A stretch of DNA of 64,000 bases from Balanoglossus misakiensis (lineage: Eukaryota > Animalia > Hemichordata): contig CM082595.2 of assembly GCA_040954595.2 (NCBI GenBank), forward strand, positions 6,288,137 through 6,352,136. Reading direction: 5' to 3'. Position numbers and translations under genes: made by a program. Below are positions 1-12,100 of the stretch, in pieces. A model generated the notes under the pieces. That model did no database searches. It worked only from the letters and a program-made list of their open reading frames with translations, and had not been told where the DNA came from. The stretch's first letter is position 1. Each line of letters opens with the position of its first letter.

Positions 1-8
1 TTGAAGTA

Positions 9-36
9 GACAAACAAACAAACAAACAAACAAACA
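9..36 (+). repeat. (CAAA)n microsatellite
   Basis: Directly visible tandem ACAA units. Confidence 0.9.
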
Positions 37-432
37 ATAAAAAAAGTAAACAGTTTGCTCTGAAATAACATTAACATGGTGATTTGCTAGAACTGTAAAT
101 GTGTAGCAGCCATACTGAACCGTACTTTTAACAAATAAGTGAATAAATAAGTAAATAAGTTATATGTACCATTTTACATTGTAAAATCAATAGTAACTAT
201 AGAAAGTGGGCATTTCCCTGCTCCCAGTTTTACTTTCTTGTCGATCTGACTAAAGCCACATCTATTCTTTATATTTAGAAGCTTCTGTGACCTTGTACAT
301 ATCAAACATATGCAAAGATCCAATACTTGAATCAGTTATTTTGACACACAATATGAATATTGCTGTCGAGTTACTGATTGTTGAGCACACAATAATAATT
401 TTCATCACTGGAACTACTATGATAGAACCTAC

Positions 433-594
433 CCAACAGCATATCAATAACTTTTTTCCGAATTTCATGGAACATGTCGTAACGCGACCGTGCTTTGGGG
501 ATTTCGTTCTTTTCATTCCATGATCCACAAACATAATCGAAAAAATTATCACATGGATCAACTGATGTATCCATTCTGGCAAATATTTGTTCGG
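433..594 (-). CDS. M13 metallopeptidase, coding exon 3 (gene continues beyond left edge of window)
   Basis: Polypyrimidine tract TTTTCTTTTCTTTACCAG acceptor and GTAGGT donor, 162 nt, phase 1-1. Encodes (A)EQIFARMDTSVDPCDNFFDYVCGSWNEKNEIPKARSRYDMFHEIRKKVIDMLL, with the hallmark MDxSVDPCxxFxxxxCGxW motif of Peptidase_M13_N. The catalytic HExxH lies outside the window. Confidence 0.93.
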
Positions 595-694
595 CTGGTA
601 AAGAAAAGAAAAAAGAAAATGTCAAAACGATATCAAACTGTGATACAGAGACAGCTTATGGTTAACTGTTAAATATGGACACGCATAATACATA

Positions 695-906
695 TACTGT
701 AAAACATTTAATTTTCGTGAGTTGAAATTTTCGCGATATCGAGAGAGGCCACTGTTTCGCGAGTATTAATTTTCGCGTTCTCTTATTTCATTCACTGCAT
801 CATTATCTTCAAAAAACAGTTACACGACTTTTTATTTTCATGCTATATTGGCTCTTGCGTATTTTGCGAAAATTTATTGCTCGCAAAAATAAAGTGTTTT
901 ACAGTA
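695..906. mobile_element. MITE, TA-flanked (Tc1/mariner-type), copy 1
   Basis: Terminal inverted repeats TACTGTAAAACA...TGTTTTACAGTA with internal TTTCGCG repeats. Related copy at 8201-8341. Confidence 0.75.
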
Positions 907-1038
907 TCACACGTCACTTCCGCAGGATTTGACCAGCAAGTACTGCAAGAAATCATGTAGTTTTATTAGTTATTTACCACAATTAATTTGTTATAATGCA
1001 GGGTAACATACACTGAATTAGGAACAGTTGATACTTAC

Positions 1039-1116
1039 CCACGTTTTTGCAGTGGTCTGTAAGACAATACCGCTGCAACAGGTTATACTCGTCGTCATTG
1101 TCCATAAACCCATCAA
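1039..1116 (-). CDS. M13 metallopeptidase, coding exon 2
   Basis: TCTTTCAG acceptor and GTAAGT donor, 78 nt, phase 1-1. Encodes (V)DGFMDNDDEYNLLQRYCLTDHCKNV, containing the CxTxxC motif typical of the start of the M13 ectodomain. Confidence 0.9.
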
Positions 1117-3532
1117 CTGAAAGACAGTGAAAATCATCGGTGTAAGCTTACACAATACTACCAGCAATAACCCTTTCTTTTCACTTTTGGACTCTCAGCT
1201 TTAGAGTCAGTGACGAGTTTTGATGATCTTCTCAACATGGTTTGTAAGAAACTCTCTACATTTTGTTGTAACAATATCTATAGCAGGTTTCATTATGATC
1301 AATTTTTAAAGGTTCTGGTAAAATGATCCAGGCATTAACTGGGGTGATTAAATGCAGTTTGCACTTCTGGCTTTTGAGTGTAATACAGAGGTTGACATGG
1401 GATTGCCAAAGTCGTGTCAACTGCCCTACTTTCGACCATAAATCATATTAAACGAGACGCAAGGACAGGTATCATGTTTCATGTTCAGTGCGATATAAAC
1501 ATGTACTGTCATGATAAATATACAAAACCTAACTTCCCGTTTACGAATTGTCTTTAAACTGAAGCGGTTGTCTGTCGCGCCACGTTTGTTTGTTGATAAA
1601 CATTAGAATTCACCCAAAAATCCCTGAAATTAGATAATTTTCAGAAGGAATGAAGCAGCCCATCGTAGCGTAGACAGGGCATGACAGCAATTGAAGATCC
1701 TAGTAGGTTGTAGCGACTGCAGTTGGGTTTGCGCTGGTATGGGAGGACATATTCTCATCAAAAGGGACTCCCATGGGGCGGGATGACCCCTTCCCTTTAA
1801 GGCCAAAATAACACCGACGAAAGTACGGAAATTCTTTTGCCAAATGATGCCCAAGGATGGCATTCTTTCTTAGTCTATAAACCTTACATTATCTGCAATT
1901 TGGAATGTTACTGTTTGCCATGGTCCTTCAAAACAATGAGATTATAACGAAATTATGCTGAAAGCAGAAAACTCCGACACATGAACCTAATCGTTTCTAT
2001 ACAAATAAGCCAGCATTCACAATTTTCTGAGAAAACTGCAATTGGGTTAGTTTAAAATAGTATAATATCTGTCACAGATAAAGTTACAGACAAATACAAA
2101 AGGTCAATGGCATACAACGTCTTAGGTCACAACAATGGTTAGTTAGATAACAGTTCCCAATAAACTGCACACAAGTTCTTAAGCACACAATTTAGATAGG
2201 ATTATGTCCCAAGTATTTTGTACCCAGTGTAAAAGTCATGTTGTGTACCATCAGTTTCGTACACGGATGCCATTGTCTTTAAATGTGTTGCTTATCAATT
2301 AAAGAGACAAAATATATATACATCACTAACTTCCTGTATAATTTAGATGTAAAAAAATAAAATGAAATGTTGTATTATCGAAACGTCGATTGATTCATGT
2401 TGACCGGTATGGAGCAAGTTGTTGTGCAACTCTAAATTGCATATTTTCCCCATGGGCCAGTTTGGCACATTTTGTATAGATTGAAAGACATTTTCTTGGG
2501 CGTACATACCGGCTTCAAAAATCGAGTCATGTACTCGCATAAAACGACGTCGACGAGTTAAATAATATTCTTACAAGAACATTCAGTTCACTGTCGAAAC
2601 ATCACATCGGTTGACACGCGAGATAAAAGGCAAACCAGAAGGTTAAATGTTGAGGTTAAGCGAAGGTTTCAGATTGACCGCACTTTTATAGCAAACATGT
2701 GGCACATCGATCTTGAAACCCCATCAGGGTCTGGCTCTCGTAAAAAGGTCGACTGATCTTGTCAGAATACCAGCCACCAAACCAGAAATCTTCTGACCAA
2801 ATGAACGATGACGCATTTTATGCTTCTTTGTTGTCATGGATATATAGCACCAAGTGAGGTGTAACACCAATTTGAACAACATATTTTGAACAATTTCGAA
2901 TTTGACACAATTTTTATGTCTCATTCAAAATTTTCGCAATGACCCCAAAATTTTATTAGCAATTTTAAGAGGGTATAGCCTTGAGCAAAATGTGAGAGAA
3001 AGTTTAAGGCCTTCTTTTCGAGGCACATTCCACTTGAACGACGTTATATTCACATTAAACGTCACACGTTTCTACTCACTCCCTGTACTACAGCGACAGT
3101 GTTCTGTCTGTTCAACTTCTTTACCCAAGCCAATGCAAAAACTTTAAAACACAGGAAATTTACTTAAAATATAATAATTGAGGCACTCCAAATTTGTTTC
3201 AAGTGAAATATTTACCATGACAGGTAAAGGGCATATTTGCATAAAATGATAGCAGAAAACATTGTCCGGTGTCAAGCAAACTCAAGATTTCCATTTTGCT
3301 TCCAAACCTTCCAAACTGGGTTTGTTGATAGCTTTCCATCTAATTTTGGCTCTGAGATTCTCCGAATATTAATGCACAGTGCAGTGTCACCATTCGAAAA
3401 TTTGTCCGCGGGGACTACGAAAACTAAAATGCGAGAGAGAGAGAGATTGCACGTTGACAATGTTTGTGAAGATTAATGATCATCAAAGAGCAATGTAATC
3501 TGACCTGTTGTATCAGTTTTATCTCCTCTTAC

Positions 3533-3656
3533 CTTCGTTATCGTACTCTTCAGAACTGGCACTCCAAAGCACGGCTTTGCTGCTCACGTTAGCGGCCAAA
3601 CACAGGATCAAACAGCCGATAAGAAGCACATGTCCAACCAACTTGCGACCCATCAT
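3533..3656 (-). CDS. M13 (neprilysin/ECE-like) metallopeptidase, first coding exon (signal peptide)
   Basis: Minus strand reads MMGRKLVGHVLLIGCLILCLAANVSSKAVLWSASSEEYDNE+G (124 nt), followed by a GTAAGA donor at 3532. Phase 1 joins in frame to exon 1039-1116. Short basic n-region plus hydrophobic core. A CACAG acceptor just upstream of the ATG suggests an upstream UTR exon. Confidence 0.8.
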
Positions 3657-5870
3657 TGTTTCGGCTTAAGTTCCACAACCTGTGTTTGAAGCAACGAATC
3701 GTGTCAATTTGTGGCTCACTGGAGCTCAAGCAGCAACTAACACCCAGGCAAAGTTTTAATTTCACCCTTCCGAATAATCGCTGTGAACAAATTACAGCTT
3801 GTGCGTACGTTTAATAGCAATACGTCATAAATACGTCAAGAGCGCTTAAAACATAATGCATAAACCACATGTCATTACTGATTACTTTTTGGCGACAGTT
3901 GGGCTTTTTGTTTAAAGTTGCCGAATGGATGATGGATCGCGGCAAAATAATTTGACATGCCAGTGTCTGACAGGGTGGCTGTGTGGCACGTCCACCGGTG
4001 GCAGATCTAGAGGTACGAGGTAACAGTGTGCCATTTTAAAAGAAATTGCAGTTTTGTTCTATTTTTTCCTAGGCCCTGAAAGGGTTTTAACAGAGACAGC
4101 GACAAAATATTGTTTATGTTATCGAGATGCACCAACTCTATTATACAATTTGTATAAAGAATAAAGAATAACTGTATCTTTAATGGAAATGTCATAAGTC
4201 TGGCTGATGATACTAAAAACAGTTCAGGAAACAAAGATGACAGCTCTTTTGAACAGATGGATGTCGACATTGTTTGAAAGGGGTCTCGTCAGGTCTATCC
4301 GTCGACACTGGTTCGAACGTTGACGCCTAACTCTGTCAATATTTAAAACTCATCACTGCCAACTGTTGGCCATTAATCATTGCGTTAGTTTTATAGTGTG
4401 AAGAAAGTACATGCACACATTAGAGTGTCTTGCGTGGTTTGATCATAGATACTAGAAAGTCTACTGTAAATGGTTTGATTTAGGTCCACTCCGGACCTTT
4501 CATAATCCTGTTGCGTTCAGGGAGCCCAGTTGGTACAAGTTTACTTGATTAGAAGTTTGATTTAAGGCTTACAAGCTGGTGATTTACCGATTTCATGATA
4601 CTCACCTTAATTTTCAAATTAACCCACACAAATACTGGAGTTTCCAGGCCTTTCTGTTCTCCAGGGCACTCCTGAGAACAATCTTCAAGTCGGCTGACAT
4701 AAACTCCGTACCAGTGTGCTACGGTCGCAGGGGAGTCAAGATGGGTCACACCAAATAAACATGTGTGAGACTTTGAGCTTAGGCCGAGTTTACTCTAAGA
4801 TATCCCACTTGTTGTCTTCGTTTCTCTCACATCAGTTTCACGGAAACCCATCTTTTGATTAGTCGCGTAACACATTCATAGAAGTTCTAAAACAAGAGGA
4901 AAGGGATACGTTCACAGTGGAACTGACCGACAGGAATCGTATTTCATTAAAAAAAGGGGCATGCGTTGTAGAAACTGAAGACTCACTTTGCGTGTACTAC
5001 AAATTTGGCTTGTGTCGTGACGTGCAACAATGCAGTTATTTAGTGTGGCCGATTGCTTTATCATATGGGAGATAATCAAATTAGTCATGAAGACAATAGC
5101 TGAACCAGTAACCTCGAACCAATCTGCTTCTGTCAATGCGCATCACGATTTCAGGCCCCATCGCTGGGGAAGTAACGTGGACGCTATACCGATTCACCCC
5201 GATTTCGAAGGTCTGGGTGGTAGATAAATATTTTGTTCACGAGAGTTTAATTTAGTGGCGATCACAACCGGAGATCGCCTGGGCAGATTAGGCTGGGACA
5301 GTGGAGTTTGCTTATAGTGTTAATGCAACAGTAATATCTGATGCTGCGTAACGTGTGTTGACAATGAGTTTGTCATCTGTAGTAAGATTGTTGGATGTTC
5401 TCTCCTGGCTAATTTATGTTCAATTATCTCGTGTGATCACGAGCTGTTGACAAACTTTGATCTGTGTATTCAGTTAATAGTGATACCATCAGCAAGTTCA
5501 TGTTTTGATAGGACAGGCAAACGACAGATGTAGAATGCTGATTACCATAACGAAAGATTGCAGAAGCTGAATTTTCAATGCTACTGTTGCCAGGTTGCTT
5601 ATTGCTACTGTAGTTGTAAACCTAAACGCAAACAAAAACATATTAGAAATCAAAAAGGCAAATAAGTTAAATATAAGTTCAATAATGTATAGTTTGTTTT
5701 CACGCAATGGTGAAATTCTAAAATAATACACATCTTCAGAGCTTCGAATTGTTAAAAAGGTTTACAGACTTTAACATGAAGTACTGTACATCAATGTGTT
5801 GCATGAGTCTAGAGACGTGGTGAGAGAGGGGGCATGTACGAGTTAAAGAACACAGATATCACAGATAATG

Positions 5871-6260
5871 TTATTTTACAATTTCCTGTTGGCTGAGTTT
5901 CGTAATGACAGGGCACATGGCAAATTACCCTGGTGGCGAATTTTGTGATGATTGTGGCCAAATTAGGAACCATTTAAATATCATTTTAATAGTAGAAAGT
6001 TTCTCGTGATTAAAAAAGCTTCTGATAAGTGAGAGGGTATTTGAGGGCTATTGAGGACTTGTCCGAAAATACGAACGTCACTGCAGATTATTATTTTACA
6101 ATTTCCTGATGCAGCGTTTTGTGAAGTGATTGCTGCCACATTACAAAAGGAATTATAATAATGGTGAAGGAAGAGTGTCTAATAATAGAGACGGTTATTA
6201 GGGACTCAAAAGAAATACATTATTTTACAATTTCCGTATGCAGAACCTTTGTGAAGATGA
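5871..6260 (+). repeat. Degenerate dispersed direct repeat, three copies of TTATTTTACAATTTCC
   Basis: Exact 16-mer at 5871, 6091 and 6220, each followed by similar sequence. Confidence 0.7.
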
Positions 6261-8200
6261 TTATGGACATGGAATTATGAGACATGACATTTTCTAGGAT
6301 AGGAGGTAGCTGTGGTTTGAATTTTGCTTGTACAAAGTGTATTTTAATGGACTTTACTTCAGTAAAAAGTTAAATTTCAAGAAGGTTAAACATAAGATTA
6401 TTTGGTGAAATGCGTTCTACCAAGTTTCACAAGCACATATTAGACTTGGTATTGGGACCTACCACCTACATCGGCACTGTATATAGTTTTGTAATTGCGT
6501 TTAGAAGTAGTTCGCAGAGTGTACGTAGTTGAGAAAGTTAGTTTACTTTTTACATGGAGACGGTTTGCAGGAACCGTGACAACGGCAAGGCGTCGTTGAA
6601 AGAACGATGACTATTTCAAGACGGGACAGTCGAGAAGTCGTTAACTATGGTTGAACACGCATGCTATTTGACCCAAATTGAGTTGGGAGATGACGGACAA
6701 AGTGAACTTTCACGTCATGTTTGTGTCTTGGCTCCACTCGCGCTTTACATAAAACCACAAATTTTTATCGTCGTATGTGCGAACTCCGATAAAAGATGCT
6801 ATAAAATTTTCCACTGGCGTCTGCCGCTGACAGAGGACACCAGAGTTTGCCGTTCATTAGCGTTTCCAAAACTTTAATCTAAAGAACGTACCTCTATACA
6901 TTGCAGGTCCCCACTCGTTAGCATGTAGATATAAAACGTTTTGAAGGTCTATAACCCACATTTACAATCGAAATACTTAAAATTGTCAGCTTTGTCGCAC
7001 TTCTTGTGCAGAGAATTCACACCACAACTGGTAGTCCAGATCGACTTAATATCTAGTAAGGAGGTTCTGGGGTGATTATAAGATTTGACCGAGGCCCCTT
7101 GAGGGTACTTTCGTCGATTTGGTATCTCGCATGGATTGCAATGAAAACGTTTTAAAACAGAAAGACACTTCAAAGAATTTATAGCAGCTGCAGAGAGAGA
7201 GATTGTGAGAGATATTTTTGAGAGAGAGATTGTTAGAGAGAGAGAGATAAATATAAGTATGTCGTCGCTTGATCAGACAAGCAGCTAGAAAAAATAAAAT
7301 AAATTGTTGTCAGAAGCAGTTCGGCATATACAGTCACAGCTAGAAAACCACAGGCAGATTTCAGGACATACACGTTTTCGACTTCATCTCTGGACAGTGG
7401 ACCTTGCATATATTTGAACAAGCGCCCTCTCCCGACCGACTTTTTTGTCATATCTACGGGCAGTGATATTCCCATTGTGGTCCAATAATTTCCTTGAGTT
7501 TATCAAATGTTTATGCTTCCCAGAGCCTTAGATAGTTTTGCTAGAATTTTTACCAACAGATTTTTCGAATTCTCGGTATAATGTGAGTTATGCCGTAGAC
7601 CCTTGGATCTATGGTTATACACGCAATCAACTTAAACTGACCGTAACTGAATTACGCCCTCTACGTTAATGTTGCAATCAACTAAACCCTATTAAATTGT
7701 TGAAATCTGGTAAAGTAGAATCAATAAGAATAATAATATGTCTTTTTTTATTGGGAAGCTGATATTTTTTCTCTGAATAAGCAAGAACATGCACACCTAC
7801 AGTCAATGGACAGGCCAATACTATTTAATTGAAATGCTCGAAAAGATCCATCTCTTCATTTCCTTTGAAACAATCATCTTATTCATATTTACTGGTATAA
7901 CACAACAGCTGATGGGTATAGGGAAAAGATTGCTTATTAAAGTTTCTTTTTCTTGTCCTAGGAACAAGCTGACTTGAATGGTCACTGCAGTCCTCTGATG
8001 TTAATATAAATATTGTCTCCTGTGTAAGTTGGTAGCCTTCAGAGGAAGAAGAAAATCTTTGAATCGAGAACAGAGACATTCCACTTCATCAAGGTAAAGT
8101 GATAAAGATGTTCCATCATCCAATTTGCCAACCACGTCGTGGGGGATTTTAAGAAGAGCTGGACAGGTAAAAATCATCCAATATCTTTCTTTCTGCCACT

Positions 8201-8341
8201 CTGTAAAACACTTTATTTTCGCGAGTTTAAATTTTCGCGATACCGAGAGAGGCCACTGTTTCGCGAGTATTAATTTTCGCGTTCTCTTATTTGTATTTCG
8301 CGAAAAATTTATTGCTTGCAAAACTAAAGTGTTTTACAGTA
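8201..8341. mobile_element. MITE, same family as 695-906, internally deleted copy
   Basis: CTGTAAAACAC...GTGTTTTACAGTA ends. Shares GAGAGAGGCCACTGTTTCGCGAGTATTAATTTTCGCGTTCTCTTATTT exactly with copy 1. Confidence 0.75.
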
Positions 8342-8349
8342 TATTGTAC

Positions 8350-8870
8350 TCGGTTGGAAAAGGATGTTGCAGACGACGTAATTTGTCCGTGAAAGTGCCA
8401 AAACGGCGGGAAGTCTTCCACTTCCTGTCGTTCTACACCTCCCACACCATATTTTGCACAAATAGTCCGATGTGCGGAGACTACAAAGCAGCCTTGGAAG
8501 CCGCCGCCGTGGTCGTAAGCACTCACTCAAATCACTGAGAACAAATCGAGTTTGCGCCTCTGTTGAATTGCTGCGCAGCTGCGAGGCACCGAGTCCTCGC
8601 AGACGCGTTGCTAGGAGACGAGGCGCGCGTCGTACCAGGGGTCAGGTTGAACACACACCGTGGTGAATTCAAAGAGATTCCGAAAATCGGGGCCTTAAGT
8701 GGCGAAGAATGGAGGTCGCACGTTCTGTGATGTCGACGAGTAGCCGATGAAGAGCTTGTCGAAAATGGATTCAGTCTTTTGCTTGCTTGACTGGTAAGTT
8801 TGTTCCCCTTTCCCTTCGTTGTTGGTTGATGGCGTATCTCAGGTAAGTGACCCACCGCGGCGCATGGCAG
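8350..8870. promoter_or_regulatory. GC/CpG-rich probable bidirectional promoter with divergent non-coding first exons
   Basis: CpG-rich island with a minus-strand donor GTGAGT at 8526 (towards the M13 gene), plus-strand donors GTAAGT at 8794 and 8843 (towards the 404-aa ORF acceptor at 17828), and an X-box-like GTTGCTAGGAGAC at 8607-8619 between them. Confidence 0.55.
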
Positions 8871-9095
8871 CTATACTGAAAGCAGCATTATGTACACTCA
8901 CATTAAATGCTCTTTTCAGGTATTGCGACGTTCACTTAGAGACGGGATTTACTTTAGGAACAGGGCTGTAGACAGACACCATGGATCTGAATGCACATCA
9001 TAAGTATTAGGTTAATCAGAGGAATAACAGACAAAACTATTTATGACATTATTGCACCACTAATAATATATTATAATGTCACATAAATAAGACAT

Positions 9096-9109
9096 GTAAC
9101 CATGGCAAC
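9096..9109. promoter_or_regulatory. RFX X-box-like motif
   Basis: GTAACCATGGCAAC matches the GTNRCC-N(0-3)-RGYAAC consensus. A weaker ATTACCATGGAGAC lies at 9297-9310. Confidence 0.45.
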
Positions 9110-12100
9110 TGTATCGATAGAGGAAAGAACACAGCTCTGCGAAAACTCAGTTTCCGTGCTGAGCAAATAAAAGTGTAATCGGCAAGGGAAAAAGCATTAT
9201 TGTTGTAGAGAAGGAATAATAAAATCTAATGAACATGTTTCATTAACCGAAATTGTGAATTCAATGAAAGGAATCTGAACTTAGAATACCCAAGCCATTA
9301 CCATGGAGACATGGATAAGAATACACGGGGAAACCGACTAAAAGGCTCAAATGAAAATTTAGCCTGCCCTCCGAGGGAAAGGGGGTTATGGGCTAAACCG
9401 GGAGGATACATGAAAATGCCATTAAAGGGTTATCCCGCAATATTCAGGTTTTGTGTGTGATTGTTGGGGAAGACTTGTGTTCCCTTTAGGTTTGTGTTTC
9501 TCATGTAATTGATGCAGGGCAACAAATGGCAACTAAGAGGAGATCGTGGAATTGTGAATTTCGCACAGTCTTGTTGACATAAATCACTGCTTGTGTGGTG
9601 GCAGTGCCGTATAAGGGGATTTTACGTAGGGTGCTGGAAAACGGTTTATTCCAGTTTCTCAGCAGTTCTCATACTTGCACAGTTATATGCCGGGTCCAAC
9701 ATTCCGTGCATAGGTGTCTGTAAACATTCAGTTACCAACACAATAGGGCATGGCATTGTAATGACAATTTAATTGTATCAGAAAACAATGTGGCCTATTA
9801 AGTGACATCATAATCACCTCAAACGTCAACATTGTTTCTATTCGGTAGTGTGCTTGGTACGCATTCAAGTTGGTAGTGTGCGTGGTGTGGAGTCAAGTTG
9901 TAGAGCTCTGGCTTTGCCGTCACAACAGTCGTCCTGCTTCGATCATTAACTTCAACCTTGAAAACTGCATAACATGTTATGTTACCGACAAGCAGCCAAT
10001 AGTTCCAGTATCAAAGGAATAAAACAACAACGAATTTGCCAAGCAGCTACTCTGTGTGTGTGCTTATGCAGGTGGAAAATTCTTTGTGTACACTGTATCT
10101 ATCGACGTGTGACAAATAGGTTGCCTAGTTACGAGTCAGCTCGGATTTGTTATTTAATAATACTTTCCCGATTGGTTAAATTAAATGAACATGTCTTTAT
10201 CACTATCAAAAATGCAATGCAATCATTAGATTATCGGAGTTATCCCGAATCTTGCCTATTTTGAATGATTTTGGTGATATCCTTCGTTTGATTAATTTTT
10301 AAGGTTGGAGATAGTTGCCAAGGTAACCGACAGAGCGTTGTTCGCCATTAAATCATATCAAAATGATGAGGGCATTCTTACAAGAAAACAGGTTTGTACT
10401 TTTAGTCACTTGATACCATTTGCTCAGTATAATTCAAATGACGTATTTTGGCTTCTCGGGCAAGTACTTAACAGTGAAGAGGGTTTTCTGAGTTTCGGGC
10501 AAGGGTTGTGTCTGAGCGTATTCAAAGACAAAGAATTGTAAGCTGCTGAGATGTTTGCCTCCCAATTCAATCACCTGGCTAATATAGGGTTGTTGTAATT
10601 ACATGCAAATGCCGCTTTTATTTGGCTAAGGCGATATATGCAGTCATTGTGTATGGCGTGCCGATACAATTTACTCGTGGATACGTAACGCAGTCTTTAT
10701 GCTTCGGGGGAGCTCGGGGTCTGTGTGTGCCGATTCGCGTACATACCCGGATTGTCTCTGGAGCCCTTGTAAGAAAACACTGAACTGAGCGCTGCCTTTA
10801 GCCGTGACTGGCAAACGTTCCTGTAGGCTTGGCTATGGATGCCGCTTAGTACAAAAATCATGCTTAATGTAAGTATTCAACGTGAGGGTTTACAGCCTAA
10901 ACTCACGCAGCGTTAGTGCCTGTCTAGCGGTTCTGCCGTGGTTTCAGTGTAGCTCGGGATCCCCTTTCATGACGGTAAACCCTTTTGTTTGTTTGGCAAC
11001 ACTTCTCGCATGACTGCCTTTCTCTCAAATTGGCAGTCTTAAAATGCCTCGAATTCGTCGCTACGATTTCGGGTGCCATGACAACGCAGTGTGAAGGTGT
11101 CGCGAACTCTTGGTGGTAATTATCATCTTTAACTCTCTCCCAGATTGTTCTAGACAGGCTAGTTTTAGTCAGTGTAAGTATTTCCATTTTGTTTTGAAAT
11201 CAACAGGTGTTTGATCTTGTTGTTTTCCTATCAACTGCATGACTGTGCATATAACACCACTGCCAGATCAAATCTCTGAAGTCACATTCTGTGAACTTGA
11301 AGTTGATAATTCTCGAACTTAGATAAATGTAGTGGGGGTAAAACATTCAAATGTTAAGGGTGTGCACTCGCAAAGGCCGATACGCCATTTTGCTCTGTAA
11401 TGGGAGATTCCATGTTGAAATTAACACGGCAAAACAATCCCCTGCAAGGTACATATGATACACATGTTCCCATTAATGAAATGTTAAAAAACTCGTTTTT
11501 TTTTAAAAGTCCTATGGACTGAGTTGCTGTTGTTATTTTTTTAAATTTAGCTTGTGTCTCAACGACCATGTAGAGAATGTTGACAGGCTTGCAAGCATTT
11601 CGAAAGACACAGTGTTTTGTTTGCTTGTCGATATAGCGTGTGTATGCATGCATGTAGTAACCAAGTAAATGTATATCCAGGCTTCAATTCAATTAGACTA
11701 ACGTTTGGCCGTGCATGTCACACATATTTAGCCGGTGTTGGCAAACATATTTCTGACATTCTTAGAATTAGAGACTGGATCGACGAGTATACAAGATACG
11801 AACATTCGGAAGGATACAAACATCACGTTTGATCCTCTTGTAATTGCTGTCCCTTCAGCTCTCATGGGACAGGAATTTCACAATGTAAAACTTGAGCAAC
11901 TCATCGTCATCCAACTCCTGACTGATGGAAGCCAATATTCTGTGTGATAAAAATCAGTTTGCATTATGATAGCTGTAGCCGCCTTTAATCGACGAAAATT
12001 AATCAAATGGCGATTGGCATATCATGGCCAATATTGCATTGCACGTTCCATATCACCGTACGTTATTTCACGGATTACCTGATGCATTTTGATAAGGCCA

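Noticed and set aside
5871-6235. Repeat-spacer-like pattern considered as CRISPR
   Set aside because: Eukaryotic context, only three short repeats, irregular long spacing and no cas genes.
8001-8855. Cluster of overlapping ORFs of 64-137 aa
   Set aside because: Explained by a MITE plus the GC-rich promoter island. No coherent protein signal.
9844-9899. 28-nt imperfect tandem duplication
   Set aside because: Ordinary local slippage duplication with no further structure.
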